Assembly: GCA_013001055.1 (NCBI GenBank)
Contig: JABDNH010000004.1
Coordinates: 24,529-88,528, forward strand
Length of the DNA: 64,000 nt
Source: Sphingomonas sp.
GTDB lineage: Bacteria; Pseudomonadota; Alphaproteobacteria; Sphingomonadales; Sphingomonadaceae
Direction of reading: 5' to 3'
Shown here: one piece after another, positions 20,071 through 28,487 of the stretch
Layout of the letters: the number at the start of each line of letters is the position of its first letter
Position numbering within the stretch: position 1 is the stretch's first letter
Translations under genes and position numbers: made by a program
Notes under the pieces: generated by a model
Databases searched by the model: none
Seen by the model: only the letters and a program-made list of their open reading frames with translations
What the model was told of the DNA's origin: nothing

Positions 20071-20099
20071 TTGGCAGAATTGCATAAACATGGGTTAGT
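20071..20099 (+). promoter_or_regulatory. candidate sigma70-type promoter for the PP2C gene (TTGGCA-N17-GTTAGT)
   Basis: Hexamers read by eye, with 17-nt spacing. About 30 nt upstream of the ATG, which is preceded by AGAGGGGG. Confidence 0.3.
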
Positions 20100-20127
20100 T
20101 TCTAGTCTGCGATCCTGAAGAGGGGGT

Positions 20128-20847
20128 ATGGTCATGCGCTTCCTGAGTGCCGGGACGACCCATGTCGGACTGAAACGCCAGCATAATGAGGACGCGCTGC
20201 TCGACGCGCGCGAGCGTGCCTTATGGGTGGTCGCCGACGGTATGGGCGGCCATGAAGCGGGCGACGTTGCCGCCAAGATGGTTGTCGATCGCCTCGCGCA
20301 GGAATTGTCTGAAGGCTCGGTCGAGGACCGTCTGGAAAAGGCCTCGGCCATCCTCGAGGAGGTAAATGGCGACCTTGTCACCATGGCGCAGGGGGGCGCA
20401 AAGAGTGGCACAATCGGCACCACGGTCGTCGGGCTTGTCATCGACGAGGCGCAATTCGGGATATTCTGGGCAGGCGACAGCCGCGCTTACCGCGTGCGCG
20501 ATGGCGCCATTGCCCAATTGACCCGCGATCACAGCCTGGTGCAGGATCTGGTCGAAGCCGGCATGCTCGCGTTCGAGGATGCAGAGCACCACCCCGACGC
20601 CAATGTCGTGACCCGCGCGGTGGGCGCCAAGGAGATGCTCAAGGTCGCCACGCGCACCGGCGATACGCGATCCGGCGACATTTTCGTGATCGCCTCCGAC
20701 GGGCTCACCAAAGTGGTGGAGAAGTTCGAAATCCTCGACATCGTGACCAGCCGCAATCCCATGCAGTCGGTGGATGCATTGCTTGAGATGACGTTGCAGC
20801 GCGGCGCACCCGACAACGTCACCATACAAGTAATCCGCGTCGGCTGA
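20128..20847 (+). CDS. PP2C-family Ser/Thr protein phosphatase
   Basis: GLKRQHNEDA, VADGMGGH, ASDGLT, GAPDNVT metal-binding motifs. The start may be the ATG at 20134. Confidence 0.85.
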   Translation: MVMRFLSAGTTHVGLKRQHNEDALLDARERALWVVADGMGGHEAGDVAAKMVVDRLAQELSEGSVEDRLEKASAILEEVNGDLVTMAQGGAKSGTIGTTVVGLVIDEAQFGIFWAGDSRAYRVRDGAIAQLTRDHSLVQDLVEAGMLAFEDAEHHPDANVVTRAVGAKEMLKVATRTGDTRSGDIFVIASDGLTKVVEKFEILDIVTSRNPMQSVDALLEMTLQRGAPDNVTIQVIRVG

Positions 20848-21579
20848 TCAGCCCGGGTTATACTGCATGTAGCCGTACCAGGCGACATAGGGTTGGCCGC
20901 GCGCATTGCGCGCCGGATTGAATCGCACCTTCTGTTCCACCAGTCGGCAGGTTTCCGCATCGATCTCCGGATCGCCGATCGAGACATTGACGCGGCAATC
21001 GGTCGCGCGGCCGTTGACCTGCACCCGCACCGCAACCAGTACGCGTCCGCCCGACGGCCAGCGTCGGCGCATGTCGCGCGGGTAGTCGCGCGCGGTCAGT
21101 GTCGTGCCTTGCACCACGCTTGGCCGCGTTCCGCCACCGCCGCCCATTCCCGTACCGCTGTTGCCCGCGCCGGTGCCATCGCCGCGACCGCCGGCACCCG
21201 TGCCCTCGCCCGGGCGGTCGCTGGCTCCTTGGGTCGTATCGCGGCCTTGGTTGGGCGTTTGCGACGCAGGCGTCGGGTTGCGCGTCGGCGTGCGCACGAC
21301 CGTCGCTTCGACAGGCGTCGCCTCGCTTTCGATATTCTCCTCGCTGGCCGCGCCTTCCTCGCGCGGGGTCGCCTGGTCCGGTTCGTCAATGTCGACCTCG
21401 GGCGGTGGCGGTTCGGGAAGCGCAATATCGAACGTGTCGAGCGGCGGATCCCTGGCGACCTCGTTCCCGCCAACCGAACCGAAAAGCAATGCCACTGCCG
21501 CCACCGCGCCGTGCAGCAGCAAGACGATCAGCAGCGTACCGACACGCTGCGCAGGGGGTGTTTGTTCGCCGTAGGCCAT
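20848..21579 (-). CDS. energy transducer TonB-family protein
   Basis: N-terminal TM, Pro/Glu-rich spacer, C-terminal TonB domain (YPRDMRRRW..GRVLVAVRV..G....C.V). Start taken at Met17 of the track ORF. Confidence 0.75.
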   Translation of the reverse strand: MAYGEQTPPAQRVGTLLIVLLLHGAVAAVALLFGSVGGNEVARDPPLDTFDIALPEPPPPEVDIDEPDQATPREEGAASEENIESEATPVEATVVRTPTRNPTPASQTPNQGRDTTQGASDRPGEGTGAGGRGDGTGAGNSGTGMGGGGGTRPSVVQGTTLTARDYPRDMRRRWPSGGRVLVAVRVQVNGRATDCRVNVSIGDPEIDAETCRLVEQKVRFNPARNARGQPYVAWYGYMQYNPG

Positions 21580-21631
21580 GGGGGTCCAACGCGGCACTGC
21601 CGCGACGGGTTCAGTCTTCGGGCACAACCTG

Positions 21632-22807
21632 TCACAGCGCCTCCACTAAGGTGGCGTTGGCGATGCCGCCGCCTTCACACATAGTCTGCAAGCCGAACGT
21701 CTTGCCGCGCGCTCGAAGCGCATGGATCAGCGTCGTCATCAGCTTTGTCCCTGTCGCGCCAAGCGGATGGCCGAGCGCGATTGCGCCGCCGTTGACATTC
21801 AGTTCGTCCGGGTCAGCTTTGGTTTCCGTCAGCCAGGCCAACGGCACCGACGCGAAGGCCTCGTTGACCTCGTAGAGATCGACATCGTCATGGCTGCGCC
21901 CCGACCGTTCAAGAATCTTCGCGGTCGCAGGCACCGGCTCCATCAGCATGATGACCGGGTCGCCCGCGGTTACGGCCAACGCATCGACGCGCGCCAGCGG
22001 GCTCAGGCTATGCTCTTTGAGTGCGTGCTCCGAGACCACCATGACGCCCGAAGCGCCATCGCATATCTGACTGGCATTACCCGCCGTTATCACCCCGCCC
22101 TCGGTGAGGGGGGCAAGCCCGGCGAGGCCTTCCATCGATGCATTGGGGCGGATACCTTCGTCCTTGTCATGGCGGATCGCACCGCCATCCTTGTCCAAGC
22201 CATCGAGCACGAGGATCTCGTCGTCGAACGCACCCGCTTCGCTCGCGGCAGCGGCCTTCCGATGACTGGTCAACGCGAAGGCATCCAGCTGCTCACGCGA
22301 AAAATCGTACTGATCGGCGATCATCTGCGCGCCGGTGAATTGCGAGAATTCGGTTACACCGAACCTGTCGAGGACTGCCTTGCTCCACGGGCCCTCCCCG
22401 AGGCCCGCCTTGGCGGGCAGGATGAACGGCGATCCCATGGGCACTCGCGTCATGCTTTCCACGCCTGCTGCGATGACGACATCTTGCGTCCCGCTCATCA
22501 CCGCTTGTGCCGCGAAATGGAGCGACTGCTGCGAGCTGCCGCATTGCCGATCGATCGTCACGGCAGGTACGCTTTGGGGAAGGTTGGAAGCCAGCACGCA
22601 GCTGCGGCCGACATGGAAACTCTGCTCGCCGACCTGGCTGACACAGCCGACTATGACGTCTTCGATGACGGCGGGATCGATGCCACTGTCAGCGACCAGC
22701 GCGTCGAGTATTGCAGCACCCAGATCGACGGGATGCCAATTGCGCAGTGCGCCGCCACGCTTGCCACCCGCGGTCCGTTTGGCGGCGACGATATAGGCGT
22801 GTGGCAT
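21632..22807 (-). CDS. acetyl-CoA C-acyltransferase (thiolase)
   Basis: RQCGSSQQ active-site Cys region, NEAFA, and the C-terminal CEGGGIANA thiolase signature. Confidence 0.9.
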   Translation of the reverse strand: MPHAYIVAAKRTAGGKRGGALRNWHPVDLGAAILDALVADSGIDPAVIEDVIVGCVSQVGEQSFHVGRSCVLASNLPQSVPAVTIDRQCGSSQQSLHFAAQAVMSGTQDVVIAAGVESMTRVPMGSPFILPAKAGLGEGPWSKAVLDRFGVTEFSQFTGAQMIADQYDFSREQLDAFALTSHRKAAAASEAGAFDDEILVLDGLDKDGGAIRHDKDEGIRPNASMEGLAGLAPLTEGGVITAGNASQICDGASGVMVVSEHALKEHSLSPLARVDALAVTAGDPVIMLMEPVPATAKILERSGRSHDDVDLYEVNEAFASVPLAWLTETKADPDELNVNGGAIALGHPLGATGTKLMTTLIHALRARGKTFGLQTMCEGGGIANATLVEAL

Positions 22808-22879
22808 GGCTGGCTCCTGCAAGTGGAGTTTCTGCGTTAGCGCGGTCGCGTGCCGCCCGACAACGGGCTAGGTCCAGGA

Positions 22880-22909
22880 AAGAAAAAGGCCGTCCCGGTG
22901 AGACGGCCT
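22880..22909 (-). terminator. intrinsic terminator downstream of tRNA-Ser
   Basis: 8-bp stem aggccgtc/gacggcct (22887-22894 / 22902-22909), followed on the minus strand by TTTTTCT. Confidence 0.5.
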
Positions 22910-22917
22910 ATTTGTCA

Positions 22918-23007
<90 letters not shown>

Positions 23008-23139
23008 AACACATGTCAGCGAGTTCAGGGCGGGTTAGCCCTTGGTCGGAGCGGGCCTCTAGCAGCGCTTGGACAGCTTGAAAAGGCCCTAGACGTAAGC
23101 CCGTCTGGAACGGCCCGCCTCGCCACCCATTTTTGTGGC

Positions 23140-23832
23140 ATGACCAATTTTTCCAATGCCCTCATCATCGGTGCCCCGGGCGGCATCGGCGGCGCCATCG
23201 CGGACAGGCTGGAAAGCCAGGGCATGAAGGTCACACGCCTGTCGCGCTCCAGCAAGCCGCCAATCGATTTTGCCGACGAGACCGGCCTTGCAGCGGCCGC
23301 CGAAGCGCTGCGGACGAAGGCCCCTTACGATCTCGTCCTGCTTGCCAGCGGTATTCTGCACAGTGACGACTTCGGGCCCGAAAAAAGCTGGAAGATGCTG
23401 GAAAAGTCCGCGCTCGAGCAAGTGTTTCTTGTCAACACGATCGGCCCCATGCTCGCTGCGCGTCATTTCCTGCCGCTGATGCCGCGCAAGGGCCGCAGCG
23501 TTTTCGCTGCGCTCTCGGCGCGCGTCGGGTCGATCACGGATAATCGGCTGGGCGGCTGGTACGGCTACCGCGCCTCCAAAGCCGCACTGAACCAGTTCAT
23601 CCGTACGCTTTCGATCGAGCTTGGCCGCACCCACGAAGACCTTGTCGCGCTCGCGCTGCATCCCGGTACGGTCGACACCGACCTGTCCGAACCGTTCCAG
23701 GGCAATGTGCCCGACGGCAAACTCTTCACCCCCGACTATAGCGCCGAAAAACTGATTGCGGTGATGAGAGAGGCCACATCCGCCGATAGCGGCAAGCATA
23801 TCGATTGGGCGGGCGAAGAGGTGCATCCCTGA
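23140..23832 (+). CDS. short-chain dehydrogenase/reductase (C-factor/CsgA-like SDR)
   Basis: ATG at 23140 gives IIGAPGGIGGA Rossmann motif and YRASKAA catalytic motif. The upstream part of the track ORF runs across the tRNA and is spurious. Confidence 0.8.
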   Translation: MTNFSNALIIGAPGGIGGAIADRLESQGMKVTRLSRSSKPPIDFADETGLAAAAEALRTKAPYDLVLLASGILHSDDFGPEKSWKMLEKSALEQVFLVNTIGPMLAARHFLPLMPRKGRSVFAALSARVGSITDNRLGGWYGYRASKAALNQFIRTLSIELGRTHEDLVALALHPGTVDTDLSEPFQGNVPDGKLFTPDYSAEKLIAVMREATSADSGKHIDWAGEEVHP

Positions 23833-23843
23833 CCGTTACATCT

Positions 23844-23858
23844 TGCGACAATGTCGCA
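23844..23858. promoter_or_regulatory. perfect palindrome TGCGACA-A-TGTCGCA upstream of the EF-hand/two-component genes
   Basis: Read directly. Lies in the 115-bp gap about 90 nt upstream of the EF-hand gene ATG. Confidence 0.25.
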
Positions 23859-23947
23859 GCCTTCTGACAAATTATCACGACCTTTCGTTTGCATAAGCGG
23901 AAGCATCGGCGGCTCCCCCGCCGCCCGTTTGTGAAAGGAAAGCGTTT

Positions 23948-24436
23948 ATGAAGAAGTTTCTCGTGATCGGCGTCGCTGCCGCCCTCTCCCTCCCTGCCAT
24001 GGCTGCCGCGCAGCCTGGCGAGCGCGGCATGCGCGCCGATACCAATGGCGACGGTCTTATCCAGATGAGCGAAGTCGAAGCGCAGGCGCAGCAGCGCTTT
24101 GCCCGCCTCGATGCCGATGGAAACGGTGCCATCACCCAAGCCGAAGCCGCCGAGGCGCGCGAAAAGATGAAGGCCATGATGGCCGAGCGGCGCGCTAGCG
24201 ATGAAGGAAAGCATCGCGGTAGGCGCGGTATGCGCGGGATGCGCGGCGGTGAGGGCGCGATGTTCGAGCGCGCCGATACCGATGGCGACGGCCAGGTGAC
24301 TTTCGTCGAGTATAACGCCCCGATGCTGGAACGGTTCGCCAAACACGACACCGATGGCGACGGTGCGATCAGCGCCGACGAACGTGCCGCAGCGCGCGAA
24401 GCCCGCAAAGCCGCGCGCGGCACCCGCGGCCAGTAG
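23948..24436 (+). CDS. secreted protein with four canonical EF-hand Ca2+-binding loops
   Basis: Signal peptide ending AMAAAQ. Loops DTNGDGLIQMSE, DADGNGAITQAE, DTDGDGQVTFVE, DTDGDGAISADE. Confidence 0.85.
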   Translation: MKKFLVIGVAAALSLPAMAAAQPGERGMRADTNGDGLIQMSEVEAQAQQRFARLDADGNGAITQAEAAEAREKMKAMMAERRASDEGKHRGRRGMRGMRGGEGAMFERADTDGDGQVTFVEYNAPMLERFAKHDTDGDGAISADERAAAREARKAARGTRGQ

Positions 24437-24512
24437 CGTAGCCCTCGCTCTGGCCCGAACGGAACGTGGGGGCTGGCTTCGCCAGTCCCCATGTTTCATC
24501 AAGGACACCGAT

Positions 24513-25214
24513 ATGCGCCCACACCTTCTTATCGTCGAAGACGAGCCCGCGATCCGCACCCCGCTCCAGCGGTATCTGGAAAGAGAAGGTATGCGCGTCA
24601 CCGCCGTGGCCGATGCAGCCAAAGCCCGCGAAGCGCTCGCCGGCGGCGCCTTCGATGTCGCTGTGCTCGATATCATGATGCCGGGCGAGGACGGGCTCTC
24701 GCTCGCCCGCTCGATCCGCGCCGATGGTGCGCTGCCCATCCTCTTCCTCTCCGCCAAGGCAGAGGATATCGACCGCATCGTCGGGCTCGAGATGGGCGCC
24801 GACGACTATCTCACAAAACCCTTCAATCCGCGTGAACTGCTCGCCAGGTTGAAGGCCATCCTGCGCCGTACCGGCGCCGACCGCGAAGAGCAAACGGCCG
24901 AGACCGAGGTCTATCGATTCGAAGACTTTGCGCTCGACGCCACGCGCCAATCGCTGCTGCACAAAGGCAAGGAAGTCGAGCTGACCAGCGGCGATTTTCG
25001 CCTGTTGCTCGCGCTCGTGCAGCGCCCTGCGCGCGTCCTGACCCGCGACCAGTTGCTGGACCTGACCAAGGGCCGCGAAGCCGGTCCCTTCGATCGTGCA
25101 ATCGACAATGCCATATTGCGGTTACGGAAAAAACTTGGTGAGGATGGTCCGCGCCTCATCCGCACCGTCCATGGCGCAGGGTACAGTTTTGCCGCCGAAG
25201 TAGAGCGCGCATGA
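24513..25214 (+). CDS. OmpR/PhoB-family response regulator
   Basis: ATG at 24513 gives LLIVEDEP...DIMMPGEDG REC domain plus a winged-helix C-terminus (RTVHGAGYSF). Confidence 0.9.
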   Translation: MRPHLLIVEDEPAIRTPLQRYLEREGMRVTAVADAAKAREALAGGAFDVAVLDIMMPGEDGLSLARSIRADGALPILFLSAKAEDIDRIVGLEMGADDYLTKPFNPRELLARLKAILRRTGADREEQTAETEVYRFEDFALDATRQSLLHKGKEVELTSGDFRLLLALVQRPARVLTRDQLLDLTKGREAGPFDRAIDNAILRLRKKLGEDGPRLIRTVHGAGYSFAAEVERA

Positions 25215-26509
25215 AGCGGCTTACGCTCGCCACCCAGATTGCGCTGGTCGTCGCGCTCGCCCTGTTCGTGGCGCAGTCAATCAACTTCGTGTTTGCCGCA
25301 CAGAACCGCCAAAACCAGCTGGTCAACAGCGCCGCTTTGCCTGCCGCCGAGCGCCTGCTAACCGCAGCGAATAATGCCGACATGCTCGACAGCCGCCCCG
25401 TGATCCGGCGCATGGCGCGGCAGCGCCGCGTAGCGATCAGCGATATCTCGCCAATCCCCGAAGGCGCCGAGCGACTGCCAAGCGCGGAGAGAGTGATTGC
25501 CGAAGCGCTCACCGCCGAGGGTCTCATTACGCGGCAGATCCAGGTTGTGACGCTCGATCCAGGAAGCCGCGATCGGCCGACGTTGCTGGCCGCCGCACAA
25601 CTTGAAGACGGTCGCTGGGTCTCGGTCCGCGGCCGTGGTCCGCGCCCGCTGCGCCCGCTACTGGGGGCGCTTATCCTGCAATATTTCATCATCGGCCTGA
25701 TCGTGCTGATCCCCACGCTCTTGCTGCTTCGGCGGACCAGCCGTTCGATGCGCCGCCTCACCAAGACAGCCGAAGAGTTCGATGGGACCAATGTGCCCAT
25801 GCCCGTCCCGGTCAAAGGCCCGCGCGATGTTCGCGCGCTCATCACCGCCGTCAACGGCATGGAAACGCGCATTGCCGACATGATGGGCGAAAAGGATGTC
25901 ATGCTGGGCGCTATCGGCCACGACCTTCGTACCCCGCTGACCGCGCTGCGGATCGAAGCCGAGACGGTGGAGAACGATTCGCAACGCGCTGCGCTGATCG
26001 ACCAGATCGAAGCGCTGCATGCGCAATTCGAACAATTGCTGGATTTCGCGCGCCTGGGCCGCGCGGCCGGCTCGACCGAAATTGTCGCGCTCGATGATCT
26101 CGCCAGGACAATCGTTGCCGAGCGTGCCACGCCCCCACTGACGCTTGAAGCCAGCGAGCCTGTTCGCGTCTCTGCCCAGCCCGGCCCGCTGCGTCGTGCG
26201 ATCGACAACCTTGTCGGCAATGCCCTGCGCTACGGAGAACGCGCCGAACTATCGGTGCGCGCCGACGGTGACAGCGCCGTGATCTGCGTCCGCGATCATG
26301 GCCCCGGCATTTCTGCCGACCAGCGGAAAGCCGCAATGCGTCCGTTCGAACGACTCGAGGCCTCACGCAATCGCGGAACCGGCGGCCACGGCCTGGGCCT
26401 CGCCATCGTTTCCGCCGTCGCTCGCGCGCAAGGCGGCCGGCTCGAGCTCGCCGACCCGGCGGAAGGCAGCGGCCTCGAAGCGCGCATTATACTTCCGCGC
26501 TTGTCCTGA
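25211..26509 (+). CDS. sensor histidine kinase (2 TM, HAMP, HisKA, HATPase_c)
   Basis: ATGA overlap with the regulator. H-box GAIGHDLRTPLTAL, N box DNLVGNALRY, G boxes RDHGPGI / GGHGLGLAIV. Confidence 0.85.
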   Translation: MKRLTLATQIALVVALALFVAQSINFVFAAQNRQNQLVNSAALPAAERLLTAANNADMLDSRPVIRRMARQRRVAISDISPIPEGAERLPSAERVIAEALTAEGLITRQIQVVTLDPGSRDRPTLLAAAQLEDGRWVSVRGRGPRPLRPLLGALILQYFIIGLIVLIPTLLLLRRTSRSMRRLTKTAEEFDGTNVPMPVPVKGPRDVRALITAVNGMETRIADMMGEKDVMLGAIGHDLRTPLTALRIEAETVENDSQRAALIDQIEALHAQFEQLLDFARLGRAAGSTEIVALDDLARTIVAERATPPLTLEASEPVRVSAQPGPLRRAIDNLVGNALRYGERAELSVRADGDSAVICVRDHGPGISADQRKAAMRPFERLEASRNRGTGGHGLGLAIVSAVARAQGGRLELADPAEGSGLEARIILPRLS

Positions 26510-26538
26510 GCGCCAAACGTCCTACATTGCACTGCACC

Positions 26539-26874
26539 ATGCTGAGTAAAATTCCCTCCGCCAATTTCGCCATCGGCGACGTCGTGCGCCACCGCATCCT
26601 CGAGTTTCGCGGCGTGATTTTCGATGTCGATCCCGAATTCGACAATACCGATGAATGGTATGACGCCATTCCCCCCGATATCCGCCCGCACAAGGAGCAG
26701 CCATTCTACCACCTGATGGCGGAGAATGAGGAGCAGACGTACATCGCCTATGTCAGCCAGCAGAACCTCGTGCTCGACGACGAGGAAGGCGAGGTCGACC
26801 ACCCGGCGATACCGACTCTGTTCACCGGCTTTTCGGACGGTCGCTACCAGTTGCGCCCCGAACGTCGCCACTAG
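26539..26874 (+). CDS. hspQ: heat-shock protein HspQ / hemimethylated-DNA-binding YccV family
   Basis: FAIGDVVRHRILEFRGVIFDVDP...PFYHLMAE... matches the HspQ pattern. ATG at 26539 preferred over TTG at 26527. Confidence 0.75.
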   Translation: MLSKIPSANFAIGDVVRHRILEFRGVIFDVDPEFDNTDEWYDAIPPDIRPHKEQPFYHLMAENEEQTYIAYVSQQNLVLDDEEGEVDHPAIPTLFTGFSDGRYQLRPERRH

Positions 26875-26909
26875 GAGCAATTTCCTAGCAAAAATCCGGT
26901 CACAAATGG

Positions 26910-26938
26910 TTGACTCATCGCCAGCCTTTCCATAGTTG
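26910..26938 (+). promoter_or_regulatory. candidate sigma70 promoter of rplU-rpmA (TTGACT-N17-TAGTTG)
   Basis: Hexamers read by eye, about 65 nt upstream of the rplU ATG. Confidence 0.35.
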
Positions 26939-27001
26939 GCCCCATCCCCCGCGCGGACGGTGTCCGGCGCGGCCAATATTAATGAATCGAGAGAAGAGCC
27001 C

Positions 27002-27517
27002 ATGTTCGCAGTCGTGCGCACCGGCGGTAAGCAATATCGCGTCGCCGAAGGAGATAAGATCGTAGTCGAGAAACTCGACGGTGAAGCTGGTGACAGCGTC
27101 GATCTGGATGATGTGCTGCTCGCGGGCGAAGGCTCGAAGCTGCAATCGACCGACAAGCTGGTCGTCGGCGCCAAGATCGTGGCCCAGGCCAAGGGCGAGA
27201 AAGTGACCGTCTTCAAGAAGAAGCGCCGTCACAATTACCGTCGTAAGCGCGGTCATCGCCAGCAGCACACCATCCTCGAGATCGTGTCGATCGGCGGTAA
27301 ATCGTCTGGTAAGAAACCGGCTGCTAAGAAGGCCGAAACCAAGTCGGACGACAAGAAGCCGGCAGCGAAGAAGGCCCCTGCCAAGAAGGCCGCGGCGAAG
27401 AAATCGACAAAGGATGCTGCACCTGCTAAGAAGGCCGCAGCGAAGGAAACCACGGCCAAGAAGGCGAGCAAGTCGCCTGCCAAGAAGGCACCGGCCAAGA
27501 AGACCGAGAAGAAGTAA
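27002..27517 (+). CDS. rplU: 50S ribosomal protein L21 with about 70-aa Lys/Ala-rich C-terminal tail
   Basis: [14 protein letters not shown]... canonical L21 core (about 100 aa), then a KKPAAKKA-type low-complexity tail. Confidence 0.9.
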   Translation: MFAVVRTGGKQYRVAEGDKIVVEKLDGEAGDSVDLDDVLLAGEGSKLQSTDKLVVGAKIVAQAKGEKVTVFKKKRRHNYRRKRGHRQQHTILEIVSIGGKSSGKKPAAKKAETKSDDKKPAAKKAPAKKAAAKKSTKDAAPAKKAAAKETTAKKASKSPAKKAPAKKTEKK

Positions 27518-27519
27518 CG

Positions 27520-27789
27520 ATGGCACATAAAAAGGCTGGCGGCTCGTCCAAGAACGGTCGCGACTCAAATCCAAAGTATCTCGGCGTCAAGAAGTTTGGC
27601 GGGCAACAGGTCCTTGCCGGCAACATTCTCGTGCGCCAGCGCGGTACGAAATTCTATCCCGGTACGAACGTCGGCCTCGGCCGCGATCACACCCTCTTTG
27701 CCCTTACGGACGGCCGCGTGTCGTTCAGGGACGGCAAACTCGGCCGCAAATTTGTGCACGTCGAAATTATGCCGGAGGCGGCTGAATAA
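27520..27789 (+). CDS. rpmA: 50S ribosomal protein L27
   Basis: [24 protein letters not shown] canonical L27 N-terminus. Confidence 0.95.
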   Translation: MAHKKAGGSSKNGRDSNPKYLGVKKFGGQQVLAGNILVRQRGTKFYPGTNVGLGRDHTLFALTDGRVSFRDGKLGRKFVHVEIMPEAAE

Positions 27790-27855
27790 CCGGGACTTGT
27801 CGATAAAGGGCGGTCCCACCGGAGGGACGGTCCGACAAGTCGATCAAAAGACAAA

Positions 27856-27890
27856 AAGGGAGAAGGGGCCGCCCTCTTCTCCCTTTTTTC
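27856..27890 (+). terminator. intrinsic terminator after rpmA
   Basis: GC-rich stem aagggagaagggg / ccctcttctccctt, followed by TTTTTT. Confidence 0.6.
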
Positions 27891-27956
27891 GTTTGTCTCA
27901 AACTTCTCCCTGAACTGTCACGAAGTCCCGCTAGCGGGATGGCGAGGAGAAGTGGG

Positions 27957-28487
27957 ATGTTCGCGGTTACCAAGCGTTTGCTGTTACGCCCCGGCTGGTC
28001 CAACGATGCGCCTGCGCTCGCGCGCGCCATTGCGGACGAGCAGATCGTACGCAACCTTGCGCGCGCGCCGTGGCCCTATGGCCTTGAAGACGCGCAGAAG
28101 CATCTCGACACGATGGCGACTGCCGACCTCCCCGTCCTGCTGATCACCAAGCGTGACAATGCCGAGATTGTCGGCATTCTCGGGTTCGACCGGATAGAGA
28201 CGGGCGAGGTCGAGTTGGGTTACTGGATCGCGCGCAAGCACTGGAACCGGGGCTATGCGACCGAGGCAGGCCTCGCCGCGCTCGACATCATCAAGACGCT
28301 GGGCTTCGCGCAGGTGGTTGCGGGCCATTTCACCGACAATCCGGCAAGCGGACGCGTACTGCGCAAGCTGGGCTTCGCGCCGACCGGCGAGAAGGCCATG
28401 CGCCACAGCTGCGGCCGCGGCGAGGAAGCCGAAGTGATGATGTATGCGCTGGATCTAGGCGAGATTGCCGACCGCGTCGCTGCCTAG
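27957..28487 (+). CDS. GNAT-family N-acetyltransferase (RimJ/RimL-like)
   Basis: MFAVTKRLLLRP start with GAGGAG 6 nt upstream. WNRGYATEA acetyl-CoA-binding region. Confidence 0.75.
   Translation: MFAVTKRLLLRPGWSNDAPALARAIADEQIVRNLARAPWPYGLEDAQKHLDTMATADLPVLLITKRDNAEIVGILGFDRIETGEVELGYWIARKHWNRGYATEAGLAALDIIKTLGFAQVVAGHFTDNPASGRVLRKLGFAPTGEKAMRHSCGRGEEAEVMMYALDLGEIADRVAA

Noticed and set aside
26915-27574. 219-aa minus-strand ORF with LLGR/LLRR repeats opposite rplU.
   Set aside because: It is a mirror image of the Lys/Ala-repeat tail of L21. There is no independent support.
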